Source: Botryllus schlosseri (lineage: Eukaryota). Taken from it: a DNA stretch of 64,000 bases. Shown here one piece after another: positions 25,901-37,485 of this stretch. Both the position numbers and the translations under genes were made by a program. The notes below the pieces were generated by a model that worked only from the letters and a program-made list of their open reading frames with translations, had not been told where the DNA came from and ran no database searches. Location: contig CM119372.1 in the NCBI GenBank assembly GCA_051294905.1, positions 19,470,001 through 19,534,000 of the forward strand, in the 5' to 3' direction. How positions within the stretch are numbered: position 1 is the first letter of the stretch; the number at the start of each line of letters is the position of its first letter.

Positions 25901-28900
25901 ATTTATTCACATGTACAATGAATAAATCGTATTTAAAATGAATGTAGGCTATTTCACCGACAGCAATGTCACTTAAAATCTATTTCTCGCCAATGTGGAT
26001 TTGAGAACAGCATTGTCGTACAGGCGCCGCCATGTCTGCTTCTCTCTGATCAATCAACACATGGTGCAATCATAGTGTCCTATATAGTGTAGACACAAGC
26101 AAATATCACGGCTCTGTGTAATTGGTCTACGCCAACTTTGACGGTAAATTTTGACCGGCTTGCCGAGCATTGAATTTGACAAAATTGGTATCAATCGAAA
26201 ATTATACTGTGGTACTGATTGCGAAAATATAACTTTTATTCTGCTCGTGGTCCTGGAACCCCCCAAAACCAGCCTAGAATGTTGCATTGTAACGGAGTTT
26301 TGTTTTGTGACGCAACGATGCCGTCTGGGAGCAGGTGAAAAGCAGCGTAAACCGCAAGCGTATAATGGCCATTGTTGCGCAACCGATTGAGCATTCACAT
26401 TCTCACTCTCATGCGCACTTGCTCCTGAGCTGCATGCTCAGACCGCATATGGTTGCGTCACCATACCAAACTCCGTTACAATGCCACATTCGAGGCTGAT
26501 TTTGAGGGGTCCAGGACCACGAGCAGAATAAAATTTATATTTTCGCAATCAGTGCCACGATAGCTTTCGATTGCTTCTCATTTTACCTGATTCAATGCTC
26601 GGCAAGTCGGTCCAAAATTCCCGTCAAATTGCCTTTGATCAAATGAAAAGTGTGATGTAGACAAATTTCACCGAGCCGTGAGATTTGCTTGTGTCCACAC
26701 CATATAGGACGCTATGGGACAATCCTTAATTAAGATTTCGAGGCGTTCGATAAGCCCGGTTCCCCAAATTTACCAAGATGTCAATTCATGAGGGTTGAGT
26801 AGGTGTCGAGATAGCGTAGTGGTATATTCCACAGCTACAACACCAGTGTGTTATGGGTTCGAGTCCGACCGAGGTCGACTCCAGAATTCCTAAGAGTTGG
26901 AGGTTTATCTATTCGTTAAACACCATGATAACCACAAAAAAAACATTATTAGAGTTGAGTAGCCTTCATCGTAAATGTCTACGGTGCAAGTCTTCTCGCT
27001 TCGACGAACTTGCGCACACTTTCGTACGCTGCGCACACACGTATATAATAACATACAGTCACTAAAATTGGACGTAGTTAGCAAGTAGTGGGGAATCTCG
27101 GCAGACTGATGACGCTATGGTCACATTATCATGTAAGACGAGAAACTGTCTGCGGGCCGGACAAAACCCTGTCGCGGGCCGTATGTTGCCCACCCCTGGT
27201 GTACGCCAATCCGTTATTTTATAAATAGGGTCCGATTTGGGGACATACAGCCGATACGCGATCAATCTTCTCCTAATCTCCGTAACACTTCAGGCCTATT
27301 TACAGTTTTACACCATCACTGTATCGCTAAGTGCTCACGAATTTCCCAAGATCTGAAAAAAGATTATCCGCCACACGGTTGGGTTGGCGCGGCCGCAATT
27401 TTGATAATTTAGAACCGATTCACTGGTCGTTGCGACCGCACGGTAACGCTGTTTCGCGAACTGAGCAATCGCGATAAGCCAACGCAGTGCGATGTCAACA
27501 AGAACGACTTATTCGCTGCAGGCTGCACCACCAACTGTGCGCCGGAAGCTAATCCGATTAAAATTGCAACAAGCTCTATTAATTCGTGGCGGGCATATTT
27601 ATACGGACTGACATGAACTGGTTGACATAGCGCATGTAGATTTCTATTTGGTGACTCATAATCAAAAATGCGACACCGATTCACTTGCGGAGACAAACTC
27701 GATTGTCGCGTCACACATTAGTCACGAAATTGTCTTTCCATCCGTATCATTGACCGCGTCCGTTTCCTGCTATACTATGCGATGATTGATTTGGGCTACA
27801 AGGCAGTTTATCGCGTTTTTTAGACGAGAAAGATAACGAATACAAGCAAACAAGCGCCTACCAATGGGGCGACAGCGGCGTTAGTCCCGATTCGGACGAA
27901 TTTTTTTCGGACATCATAACGAAGCCTGCAAAGGTAAGCGTAAACACGGCGATAGTTCAAGGTTCCTCGCTATTATCGCTGATTTAAGTCGAGTGAGACC
28001 TATTTGCGTGTTTTGCGTCTGATTGATGGAGGAGACAAGCCCGGAATTTTGCTTTCGCCCGAAATAAAATCTTAATTCTCGCTCAGCCAAGCAAGAAATT
28101 GACTCAGCCTAGCAGGAAGTCGCGCACGGCGCTGGCTGCGAAGAAAGAGGAAAATTTCGATGGCGCTTCTGATCGCGACGGCGGAAAAGCGGACGACGGC
28201 TGGGGCTGGAACGATGATTGGACTGACCCTAATGAAGGTAGTCGCATTGATGTCTAAAATCATTTGAAATTCAATGTCAACATCAGGTTTAATAAACGTC
28301 GCGAATCCATATCCCGTTCGAAGGCACAAATACTTTTTTAGAATCCAAATTAATGCTTAAATCTGTCAGGCGCGCGTCAAGAGAACCTTCTGTGTTGCCC
28401 AAAATGTAAATGCGGATGAAATTAAAATCTCCGGGTCGCGGTTCCGCTGTGATATCTCCGAAATTCGGATCGAATGCTGGTTGCTAGCTTGACGAGGCTC
28501 GAGACGATAAGAATAGCTAGGCAGGAATTTTGACTTCGACTTGTGAAATAGGATTTGAATATCTTGACTTGAATTTATGCAGAGGTGGTCAGTAACGAAA
28601 TAGCCTAGTTCAACTTTTAGGATTTAGTTGTTGACTTGCACTCTACACTTGGTGAATTTGGCACGTGATGAATAATATTGTCAAGGACCCGATTCATCGA
28701 TATTGTATCATTAAATCCGAACATGGATATTTCAATGAGCGTGGTTAGTGGTGGATTCTTCAATCGACATGTTGAATTCGGCACTTGGTATATATATGTG
28801 TTTTCTAATGTATTCGGGTTCCGGTTAGGGTAGCGGTAGCTTAGGATTTGAGGCCGCCACCGCGAATTCAGTAGACAGTAACCCTTGAAGTATTTACCCA

Positions 28901-30953
28901 AATGACAAAACTTGGCCTAGAATACTTACTCTTTACTTCCTGTAAATCGCTGTTTATACTTGATTTTAAATTTACGACGGTACTTACTAGTTTAGCCATT
29001 ATGACAACTTTGACCATCTCTGCGTTAATGATCATTTCGCAGTACCAGATTTTCCACGAAATTCGCAATGATCCCAAATATTCATGGGTCTCGTCAACCT
29101 GTTTGAGTCACTAGCTGAAAAATTCCAATCCAATCAAATCCTGCGATAGAGTGTCATCGTTTTTCGCGTAATCTTCTCCGTAACGGAAGCAAGTGTCAGA
29201 CGCAATTAAAGGTACACGCGCGTTTGAGAGTGATGATTGATCGATAGTTCCCAAGAAACATGGCATCCGTCCGCCAACGCCGCGTCCCATCGTAGCGCAT
29301 GACGTGCGGGATATGCAAAATACTTCACACCCCGATGGCACTTGAGCCGTTCTGAAATAGAATGTGTTATGGTTTTGTCGCTAACGGCGGCGTTCGCGGT
29401 TTGATGGCAGACGCCACTCAACTTGTAATCGTCATTCCTCGACACCTGTCATCCTCTCGTGTCGAGGGGCTTTCTCGTGATTTATAGGGGCCGTTAGCTT
29501 GTTGGCGTTTGACGTGAGCGCGCGGACGTAATGATTTTAGAAATGTGATGTTACGTGGCTGTCGAATGCCGTGTAACCAAATTGATCCTCTGTAAGAAGT
29601 TGATCTCGCCGGACAGGTGTCGTGCGTCGCATTAGGTATGTATTACGTGTTTTATCCTCCCTTTGTACTGCATATGCGACAATCTAGCAGAGGTGGTCAA
29701 AGTATTCACTATTGCTACTGAAGTGGACGTTACGTAATTAATTCATTCTGGCCTACAAGTAGAGGTAGCGAAATTCCAAGTAAATGAAAAAGTAAGTATT
29801 CCCGGATTAGTTCAAAATCAAAACGTCTTGAGAAAGGAGTGCAAGCGGGCAAAATTTACTTGTGTACGCCGAGAAAGTGCAAAAAGCTACTGACCAGTGA
29901 ACTGTACCTCTGCAATTTTCACCTGGTAAACACTATTAGGACACAAAATAGGAGGATTGCTTAGACATCCAACTGCATTTGTGTACCTTTTTTGGTACAA
30001 CTATGCTCTCCTGCTTTTATGCATACCCTTATACTTTTTATGTTGCCCATGTACAGCGCCCTGCAACTAAATTGACTGTATGACGTGGCGTCGAAATGTG
30101 GGGGCTGTATTTCGCGATTTTACCTAAAGTAAACATGCTAATGGCCCGGTTTTTGTTTGTGTTGTGTCGGATGGGCGAAGCTGGCTGGAGACCACCAACC
30201 GAGCCGTTTGGTCTTGTTCAAGTGGGATTTGGCGCTTTTTCGGAATATATCCTTTCCACGTCACTGGTTATAATCACTATTAAAACTCAATTGTGGCTGT
30301 CATCACAAAGAGTGTCCTAATTACTAATATACCTCTGCATTTCCGTGTGCGTCGTATGAATTTCGAATGAACAGTATTGCATTTCCAGTGGCTATCGAGC
30401 TGTCTCGGACAAACCCGGTTTCTATCCACTATCCTGTGGTTAAATATAATTTCTTTGTCTTCGGCTTTTTTACTAAAAGGTCACTGATCGTAACCACTAA
30501 CCAGTAATGCTAAAACCGGTTCGCTGATGGCTGATCCTCTTGAGGCGGGTTTATGGAAACCAGCTGAATTCGACCACTGTCTGTATTCATTCAATCCAAT
30601 TCGTCACTAAATTGGATAGATGAACTAAATTCCCAAGTTATGACGTTGTATTGACAAATATTGTCAATTACATCGTATCTCTTGTACGGCTTCCGGTTTC
30701 GTCAGTCACTCTTTCATGTCATCAACCGGCCTATAACCTACGACTTTCTAACCTCCATTGGCTAACGAAATCAAACAAGGCGATGGGGCTCGGTATTGAC
30801 TCGGGGAAATATGTTGTAGGTTTGTCTAAAGCGGAACAAATGAAAAAACAGAGGGAGGAGAAGCGACGGCAGCGTCAAGAGGAACTTCAAAAGAAACGCG
30901 CCGCCAGAGCGTCTGGCCCAGGGTCTCGACTGGGCGCGCGAAAAATGGACTAG
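13934..30953 (+). CDS. SCYL1: N-terminal kinase-like protein SCYL1 (pseudokinase + HEAT repeats + acidic tail), 21 coding exons, ~910 aa
   Basis: Hand-spliced GT-AG exons, phases consistent: 13934-14047, 14529-14665, 15154-15280, 15374-15470, 16095-16227, 16294-16384, 16452-16607, 16674-16832, 16892-17032, 17713-17793, 19065-19220, 19292-19423, 19730-19862, 20528-20671, 21198-21352, 22121-22246, 23905-24026, 24101-24234 (alternative donors after 24210/24222), 27824-27933, 28087-28237, 30820-30953; total 2733 nt. Motifs: [105 protein letters not shown]-terminal LGARKMD*. Tail exons 15-20 are less certain. Confidence 0.93.
17951..18870. mobile_element. hAT-type MITE family D (TIR CAGTGTTGGGAT, GACTT/GACTCGAGTC arrays) in SCYL1 intron 10
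   Basis: cagtgttgggat...atcccaacactg; TSD GTAAAGGA/GTAAAAGA. Inverted copy at 41918-42838; fragments at ~20890-21040. Confidence 0.88.
22732..23106. mobile_element. hAT-type MITE (TIR TAGGCTTACCA, AAAGAGGACA repeats) in SCYL1 intron 16
   Basis: taggcttacca...tggtaaggcta; perfect TSD TCATAATT. Confidence 0.85.
26071..26716. mobile_element. Nested foldback element with ~240-bp inverted arms (CATAG termini)
   Basis: catagtgtcctatat...atataggacgctatg; arm 26071-~26300 is the reverse complement of ~26468-26716. Confidence 0.75.
26805..26945 (+). mobile_element. tRNA-derived SINE family 1, internally deleted copy
   Basis: A box TAGCGTAGTGG, B box GGTTCGAGTCC, then CCGAGGTCGACTCCAG as in the 51218 copy; A-rich tail. 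Confidence 0.7.
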
Positions 30954-31372
30954 GGAACTTGCGTTCGTACTTACTGCAGCCCGTTACTTGCCATCCGCGA
31001 CGGGCGTATCGTTATGTTCTTTGCACTTTTACTCCTCAATACTGCGACCGCATTTGATAGCCTGCACATGTGCACAATTATACAGAATCCATTTTACTCG
31101 TATTGTCAGAGTGGCTGCAAATGCTTGCTGCTTTGTGGCAAATTCCTTTCATGTAACCCTAACTTCGGCAAGCAACTTTCGCAGAATCGGGCCGCAGCAA
31201 TGCCTACTCGGCAAAAGTTTGTCATCTGCTGAGCTCAAGCGATTTCGCAGGGTTCTAATGTTTCAGTGTAAAACCACATGGAACCAATGTATGTAAGGAT
31301 GCAAAAGTATGATTAGTGGTATTTAGCAGCTGTATAGTTTATATACGTAAATCATGTTTCATTCCTTTTGCT

Positions 31373-31378
31373 AATAAA
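31373..31378 (+). terminator. Putative polyadenylation signal of SCYL1
   Basis: AATAAA ~420 nt after the SCYL1 stop, followed by T/GT-rich sequence. Confidence 0.5.
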
Positions 31379-32582
31379 AAGTGGATAGCCTATTTCATTG
31401 TCTGGTGTACTAGTCTTGTGTGCAGCGGAGGTGCCGTGCGATTAATCGAAAGTTCGTGGCATGTTTCCCATGACGAGGATATCGAGTTCGCGTGTGAGAG
31501 TGTTTCGTTGAAAGAAGGCGTTCTGTAGTCTATACAGGTCATTAGAGCTCTACTCAAGGGAATTGAGACATTCTGTGAAAAGCGTCGCGTCGAAGGTTTC
31601 CGTCAGTCTCGCTTTGGGTCTTGTTGTTGTTGGTATCGTAGCCAATTCATGGGCCAGTCGTTACTTGGATTCGTAGTCAGTTGTCGGGCGAACATTGACG
31701 TAGCCGATCAAGAATAACAATGTTGGATATTCTCGCGTTGTAAGTTATTCTACTGTCGAAACTGCCTGGATATAATCGGTTGTATATTTGTGTGTTGGTT
31801 TTGCGACTATGGTGATCTTGTAGTTCGTTGTGTAATGACCTGAATACATCGTGTCTATATTTAGTTGAAAAAACATAACGGACGAGGTGGAAGTTCGGTA
31901 GTAATTCACGGAATGGGTGTAACGCAAGGTAGGGAGTGGTACGCTGGAATTCTGTCCGTCAGCTGATGTTTGTTGAATGAAGGTGTAAACGGCGTGGCAT
32001 TGTTACGCAGTTTTCGACGGTATGACTCAACGGCATTTGGAATGTCGAGTTCGTACTCTCGTCATTCAGTGATTCAATTTTATGTGTTTAGAACGAGGCT
32101 AGCGTTTTGTTTTTGGCTACGGGCTAGCAAGTGGTAGATCAAAGTGGTTCGGCATACTTCATTCTTACCGATGACATCTCAATTTTTAGCTGTTTCTGAT
32201 CTAAATGTCCTGTATTCTCCTTCGGGCTACTTTATAATGTGCGCAATCGCTTGCGATACGAATCACACGATATTCCTGATGTCATGCGAGGTTTGTCAAG
32301 TATGCGATGAGGCGTGTGAAGTTTTTGCATTCTCTCAGGGAATGTAGCGGCATATTGAGCTTTGAGTAGAGTTATAGATGTTATCTACATTCTAGTTTCG
32401 TATGTGCAATTGTGCAGAGATACAGTCGATGTATGGCAGAGCTGCAAAAGGGACTATTATTGAACGTGCCTTGTTCGTAAGTGTAACTTCAAACTATAAT
32501 TGCTTATCGTTGTTATTGAATTTAGTGTCAATATTATTACTTGTAACTCTTGGCTGCGTAATTAGTGATATGCTATAGTAGA

Positions 32583-35156
32583 ATGAAGCCAAGGAACTCA
32601 ACAGAACGCCCATCATTCCAAGTTGGCAGAGACGGAAAGCATGCTAAAGACGCTGCTAGACATTCTTCACCAGTACTGGGGTCTCTACAAATCAGAAATA
32701 GGGACCGAACTCGTGGCAAGACAGAAGACAATGGTGATCCAGAGTCCGCAAAGCTGAATATTTTGAACAGGATCTCGAACAGCAGCGATGTCAGTGTGCC
32801 TTGCAGCAACCTGCACACGGACTCTGGTATATCCAGCTTCGACTCTCTTGCCAGTGGTGACAAGCGTTGCGCTTCTCCTGGCGAGCAAGATTTTGTATCC
32901 GAGCTGTTGAAATTAGCAGACACGAAGTTTGCCGACTTGAATGCCCGAGAATCGTGGGTAGACGAAGACTGTGTAGCTCAGGACATGAAGAGAGTTCCAG
33001 CTGAACAGACGAACGCTGTTTTATCAGTATTAGGTAACGCAACAGCGGACATGGCGACATCGACTACGTCCATTTTCATGACGGCGATGGATGTCGAGGT
33101 TCCAATGCCGTATAATCATGACAACACTTCCTACGAAGAAAGACAATCTCCGCCACTGCCTAAAAATTGCCATGGCCATGAAAAAAAGAACAGTAAATTG
33201 TCCTGCACATCCTGTGGTGATATTTACATCACTCCAAGATTGCTACCTTGTCTGCATACATTCTGTACAAACTGTTTGCAGTCGAGAGTACATCATAAAG
33301 AGGAAGTGACCGCCGTTAAGCCCGATTTTTCCCATTCGACTTATAACGAAAATGTGTTTTCGTGCGAAACACTGGAATGTCCAACTTGCTCTGCGACAGT
33401 CGAGTTATCTTTAGAAGGAGTGTACGGTCTCCCGATCAACCACGCCGTTCAACGATTGCTACTTTTGCATAATCTGAAATCGGGAAAAACCGGCCACCTT
33501 TCTTGCGACCTGTGTCCCGATAGCTCGAAAATGGAAGCGCGCTGCGTGCAGTGCAATGTAAATATGTGTCATTTCTGCTTTCAAGCCCACAGGCGACAAA
33601 GTATGACCGCTGCTCACTATGTAATCTCCTGTAGCGAACTAAACGAAGACGGTCCCAAGTTAGATTTCTCGGCAACCGTAAAAAAATCGATACCCATCAT
33701 GTGCCAACGACACACCAGCGAGGAGCTTAAATTATACTGCATCGATTGTTCGCAACTCGTGTGCCGAGACTGCTGCTTGGGGTCGAAGCACAGAGACCAC
33801 AAATGCGAATACATGACTCACGTCATCGACCGAAAAACCTCCGAAATATCCACCGAGCTTGATTCTTGTAAATCAAAGAGACAAGATTTAGAAAAAGCTG
33901 CCATGCTCTTGGAGCAATCGTCTAAGAGGGTTCAAGAGACGGCTCAAGAAGTGGCCGGGAAGGTGGAACGGCATTTTGCGAGTTACATAAACACCCTGCA
34001 GAGACATAAAGCGTCCTTATTAGCTGCTGTAGAAAGCAAAGCGAAAAGTAGAAACTCGACGATACAAATGCAGAAAAACGAAATTAAGAAGCTACTAAAC
34101 GATATATCCGATTCCTGTGAATTCACGTCGGATTTGATGCAAGACGGAAGCAGTCACGAGATTTTGTCGATGAAGCCATATGTTCTGAAACGGTTGAGGA
34201 ATTTATCGGAGAAACCCTTTCCCGAACCAGCGGAATATTCCGAAAACTTTATTGAATTCGTAGTCAACAAGAAAGTCAAAGCGTGGATCGACGGCGATAT
34301 GGATTGCGCTTCGGGCAAAAGCAAGAGATCATCCCGACTTTTGCGTCCCGGATTAGAAGTCGACATTTGCGGCGACGTAGTTTGTCATGCAGTAGAAGCC
34401 AGCCAGTGTACCGCGTTCGGCGAAGGGATTCAATTTTCTCGAGTGCGATTGCCTGCCGAATTTATTGTCGTGGCGAAAAATTTCGAGGGCCAAAAACTTG
34501 GCCTTGGTGGGCACGATGTCACCGCCTCGATTACGATGGAGGGTGTGGATCCGAATTTATTTAAGAAACCAAAAATACAAATCACTGATCGCCAAGACGG
34601 GAGTTACAGAGTGTTATACATCGTTTACGCGACTGGATCATATTCTCTCGATGTACGAATTTTCGGTAGGCCCATCCAAGACAGCCCTTTCAGTATATCT
34701 GCGATGGACTCTAAAAACAATGTCCATTCGGGTATATTTCACTGTTGCGCTTACTGCTCTGGAGGTGGCGATCGAAATACCGTGTGTGCCTGCGGTGCTG
34801 GGACGCCCGGCGGTTTCAAAGGCTGTCGCCACGGTCACAGTGGCCATCCGGGCGGTCCTCATTGGTCCTGCTGCGGCAAAACGACGGAAGCCTCGTCGTG
34901 CGATCAAAATATGTGTCAGCCGGATAACAGAACTTTGATGCCGAATCATAATCTTGTGTCTTATCCTTATTCTCCTTCGCACCACAGCAATACTTTACCA
35001 GTAAGACGAAATCAGGCTAGGGAATGTGCCATTCCTCTGTCTGGCAATACTATGTACTCAAGGACCCATCGAGGGTTCAACGGCCCCGATCAGTATGCCA
35101 GAAAGCCGATTCCGATCAGCCCTCTCGCGAAACAAGTGAAAACTATCACGTTATGA
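32583..35156 (+). CDS. TRIM45: Tripartite motif protein 45-like E3 ligase (RING, two B-boxes, coiled coil, filamin Ig domain, Cys/His-rich C-terminus), 857 aa from this ATG
   Basis: RING CTSC..PRLLPCLHTFCTNC..CPTC, B-box1 CDLC..CVQC..CHFCFQAH, B-box2 CQRH..LYCIDC..VCRDC..HRDH, filamin repeat (AFGEG..DRQDGSYRVLY..IQDSPF), and the TRIM45-typical HCCAYCSGGG..CACG..GCRHGHSGHPGGPHWSCCGK. No intron inside the ORF; a small upstream coding exon (31720-31739) is possible. Confidence 0.88.
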   Translation: MKPRNSTERPSFQVGRDGKHAKDAARHSSPVLGSLQIRNRDRTRGKTEDNGDPESAKLNILNRISNSSDVSVPCSNLHTDSGISSFDSLASGDKRCASPGEQDFVSELLKLADTKFADLNARESWVDEDCVAQDMKRVPAEQTNAVLSVLGNATADMATSTTSIFMTAMDVEVPMPYNHDNTSYEERQSPPLPKNCHGHEKKNSKLSCTSCGDIYITPRLLPCLHTFCTNCLQSRVHHKEEVTAVKPDFSHSTYNENVFSCETLECPTCSATVELSLEGVYGLPINHAVQRLLLLHNLKSGKTGHLSCDLCPDSSKMEARCVQCNVNMCHFCFQAHRRQSMTAAHYVISCSELNEDGPKLDFSATVKKSIPIMCQRHTSEELKLYCIDCSQLVCRDCCLGSKHRDHKCEYMTHVIDRKTSEISTELDSCKSKRQDLEKAAMLLEQSSKRVQETAQEVAGKVERHFASYINTLQRHKASLLAAVESKAKSRNSTIQMQKNEIKKLLNDISDSCEFTSDLMQDGSSHEILSMKPYVLKRLRNLSEKPFPEPAEYSENFIEFVVNKKVKAWIDGDMDCASGKSKRSSRLLRPGLEVDICGDVVCHAVEASQCTAFGEGIQFSRVRLPAEFIVVAKNFEGQKLGLGGHDVTASITMEGVDPNLFKKPKIQITDRQDGSYRVLYIVYATGSYSLDVRIFGRPIQDSPFSISAMDSKNNVHSGIFHCCAYCSGGGDRNTVCACGAGTPGGFKGCRHGHSGHPGGPHWSCCGKTTEASSCDQNMCQPDNRTLMPNHNLVSYPYSPSHHSNTLPVRRNQARECAIPLSGNTMYSRTHRGFNGPDQYARKPIPISPLAKQVKTITL

Positions 35157-36183
35157 TCGTATGGCCGAACATCCTATACACTTCTGAATGTTATCAGTAC
35201 CCTGGTGGGGAGCTACTATATTGTAAACATGTTCAGTCCGAGTTTACCTATTGCTGATTACCTCTTTCTTATTACGTTACTCTCGCAGTAAATCGTATTT
35301 GTAGAGGCGTTCAAGGAAGAATGCGGATTCGTTATTCTTCGACATGTTCGGGAGTTCGGCCCTACCACTACCATATCATGCGATGAGTCCATTTCGGTGC
35401 ATACATTCGAATTCTGATCTATAAATTGACGTACCCGCGGTCATGTGGTTTGGTACGAAATGTGTTTTTTTTCCTCAATATTTTCAGTATTATTTGAATC
35501 TGTGTACAATCTGTTTTGTGTTCTCTGTACGTTGCACGCTGATAATGGTACAGTTGTTTTTCAATGTGACGGTGTCGAATGAGTTTGTAAAAAAATATAT
35601 GTGACAACCTCGTGGATTTCGATCTTTGGACTAAATAGTGCCACTCACGTGGCGCGGGATTGCGTACTGCGGTCTGGAATCTCTGCAATGTTGCGACTTG
35701 TTTGCCAACATAGTGCGAGGACGCGACGTTTGTTGATCAATATTTGAGTATATGTCTCGTAATCTTGTACCTCTGCGCCGCGATATTTTTAAACAGGGCT
35801 TCGGAAGGTGGGATTGCCTTGTTAGCATATTGCAGTTGATGAAGTGTGGCTCTCTGTATAGAATGGTACGCTGGCATGGTAGTTGAACTCTCTGTGACAC
35901 TGGTGCCCACTGTCCTTACTCGTCAAGTGCCGAATGTGAGGCGTTATGATGTCGTAGATAGCCAAACCTGGTAACTATGTGCGCTGCTAGATAGTACACA
36001 AAAAGTGCGACGTCATGCACGGCGTCTTGAATTGAGTTATCTGATATTCTGCTTCTGTAAATAGTTTTGCTTGCTGTGGCAGTGTTGCTTGTAATCGAGT
36101 GGGAGATTTGGAAATATCTGCGAGTCGGATTGGTATATTTGGAAATTCAGATTGAAAGCATCTGCACAAAATTGTATTTTGAG

Positions 36184-37485
36184 CAGGGCCGTAACAGCAC
36201 TTCGTCAGCCCCCCCAAAACGTTGGTCTTGGGCCCCCCATAGGATGATAAACCTAACTTCTGGGGGGCGAAACAGCCCATCAGGCTATACGCTCTTTATC
36301 GAAACTTGTCATCTACCTTTGAGGGGGCGTTCATTGAGTCACCTTTTCCGGCCTAAACGCGCGAACCGCAAGAAATTTTTATAATTCATGACTGAATCAG
36401 TCAATGTGATCGAGAATTGCATATATATTGCTATTAATATTTACCCTCTCTCTGCTCACGCAATCTGATTTACCGATAGAGCTGAGTGAGGTGTGTTTGA
36501 AAAGGTAGGAACCTTCAATAATAATTAAACATCTCCGGGTGTATACCCGTTGGCAACAACGGAACAGCGCTTCGTCAGGCCCCACAAGAAACTTGAGTCA
36601 TGGGCTTCCATAAGGTGATAAACCGTCCCCCATCACGTTGTTCGCTTTTGCCGTTTCGTGAGCCAGCGCGAGGCGCGAATATTTTCGATAATTCATGATG
36701 AATCGGTCAGTAAGATCGGGAATTGCATATATATTGGTATGAATTTCCTGTCCTCTCTACTCAGATTTACCGGTATAGCTGAGTGAGGTGTCTTCGAAAC
36801 TGTAGACCCCGTTAATAATAATCTAACATATTCCGGCGAGCGGGCCCGTTGGTATGACTTCGTTCTATGATGGTATTTCGTGACCTCCTGTCTGCTATAT
36901 CAAAAAATAAAGAATCGCCTAAACGTACCAAACTAAAAGTACACACGATTTCAAATTGGTATATCTTTACTGTCATATAATTTTTTCCTGCGGGGTGGTA
37001 TTTATTGTCTTGTGATGAGGTTCAGATTGCCAGACAGGAATATTCGGCGCCAGTCATTTAGGCGCCTATGGAAAATTAAACGTATATATATTTTGTATAT
37101 ATAACGAAGTTTTCGGTCAGCATAAGGGCAGTCCCTTTCGGCCAAGGTTTTCTCGCTGCCGATCGTTCTGGCGCACTTCTTGGAGTCGCATATTACATGG
37201 CCTAAAACTTTATTCGTCTTGGTGCGACATGGCGCGGTAATGGCCAACGCCGATATTCCCATTTCTATAAATGTTGTGTATTTTTGGTTGGGGGAAGAGT
37301 ACCCAATAATAAAGATATTCGGCAACTCTAGATCGCGCGCGGCGCGAAAATGTTTTTGAAAATGTTGCACAAATTTTCAAAAAATACTCCATAATTTATG
37401 CTAATTCACGAAATAATTTGGGGCCCGCTTCGAGCTCGGCCCCCCCCCCTTATGGGGGGTTTGGGGTGCGGCAGTTACGGGCCTG
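36184..37485. mobile_element. hAT-type MITE family B, opposite orientation to 4883-6127
   Basis: cagggccgtaac...gttacgggcctg; perfect TSD ATTTTGAG. Confidence 0.9.

Larger units (their letters stand above)
25809..27198. mobile_element. hAT (Buster/Charlie-type) MITE, TIR CAGGGGYGGGCAAC, in SCYL1 intron 18, carrying nested elements
   Basis: caggggcgggcaac...gttgcccacccctg; perfect TSD GTGTACGC; GCGGGCCG subterminal motifs. Confidence 0.88.
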
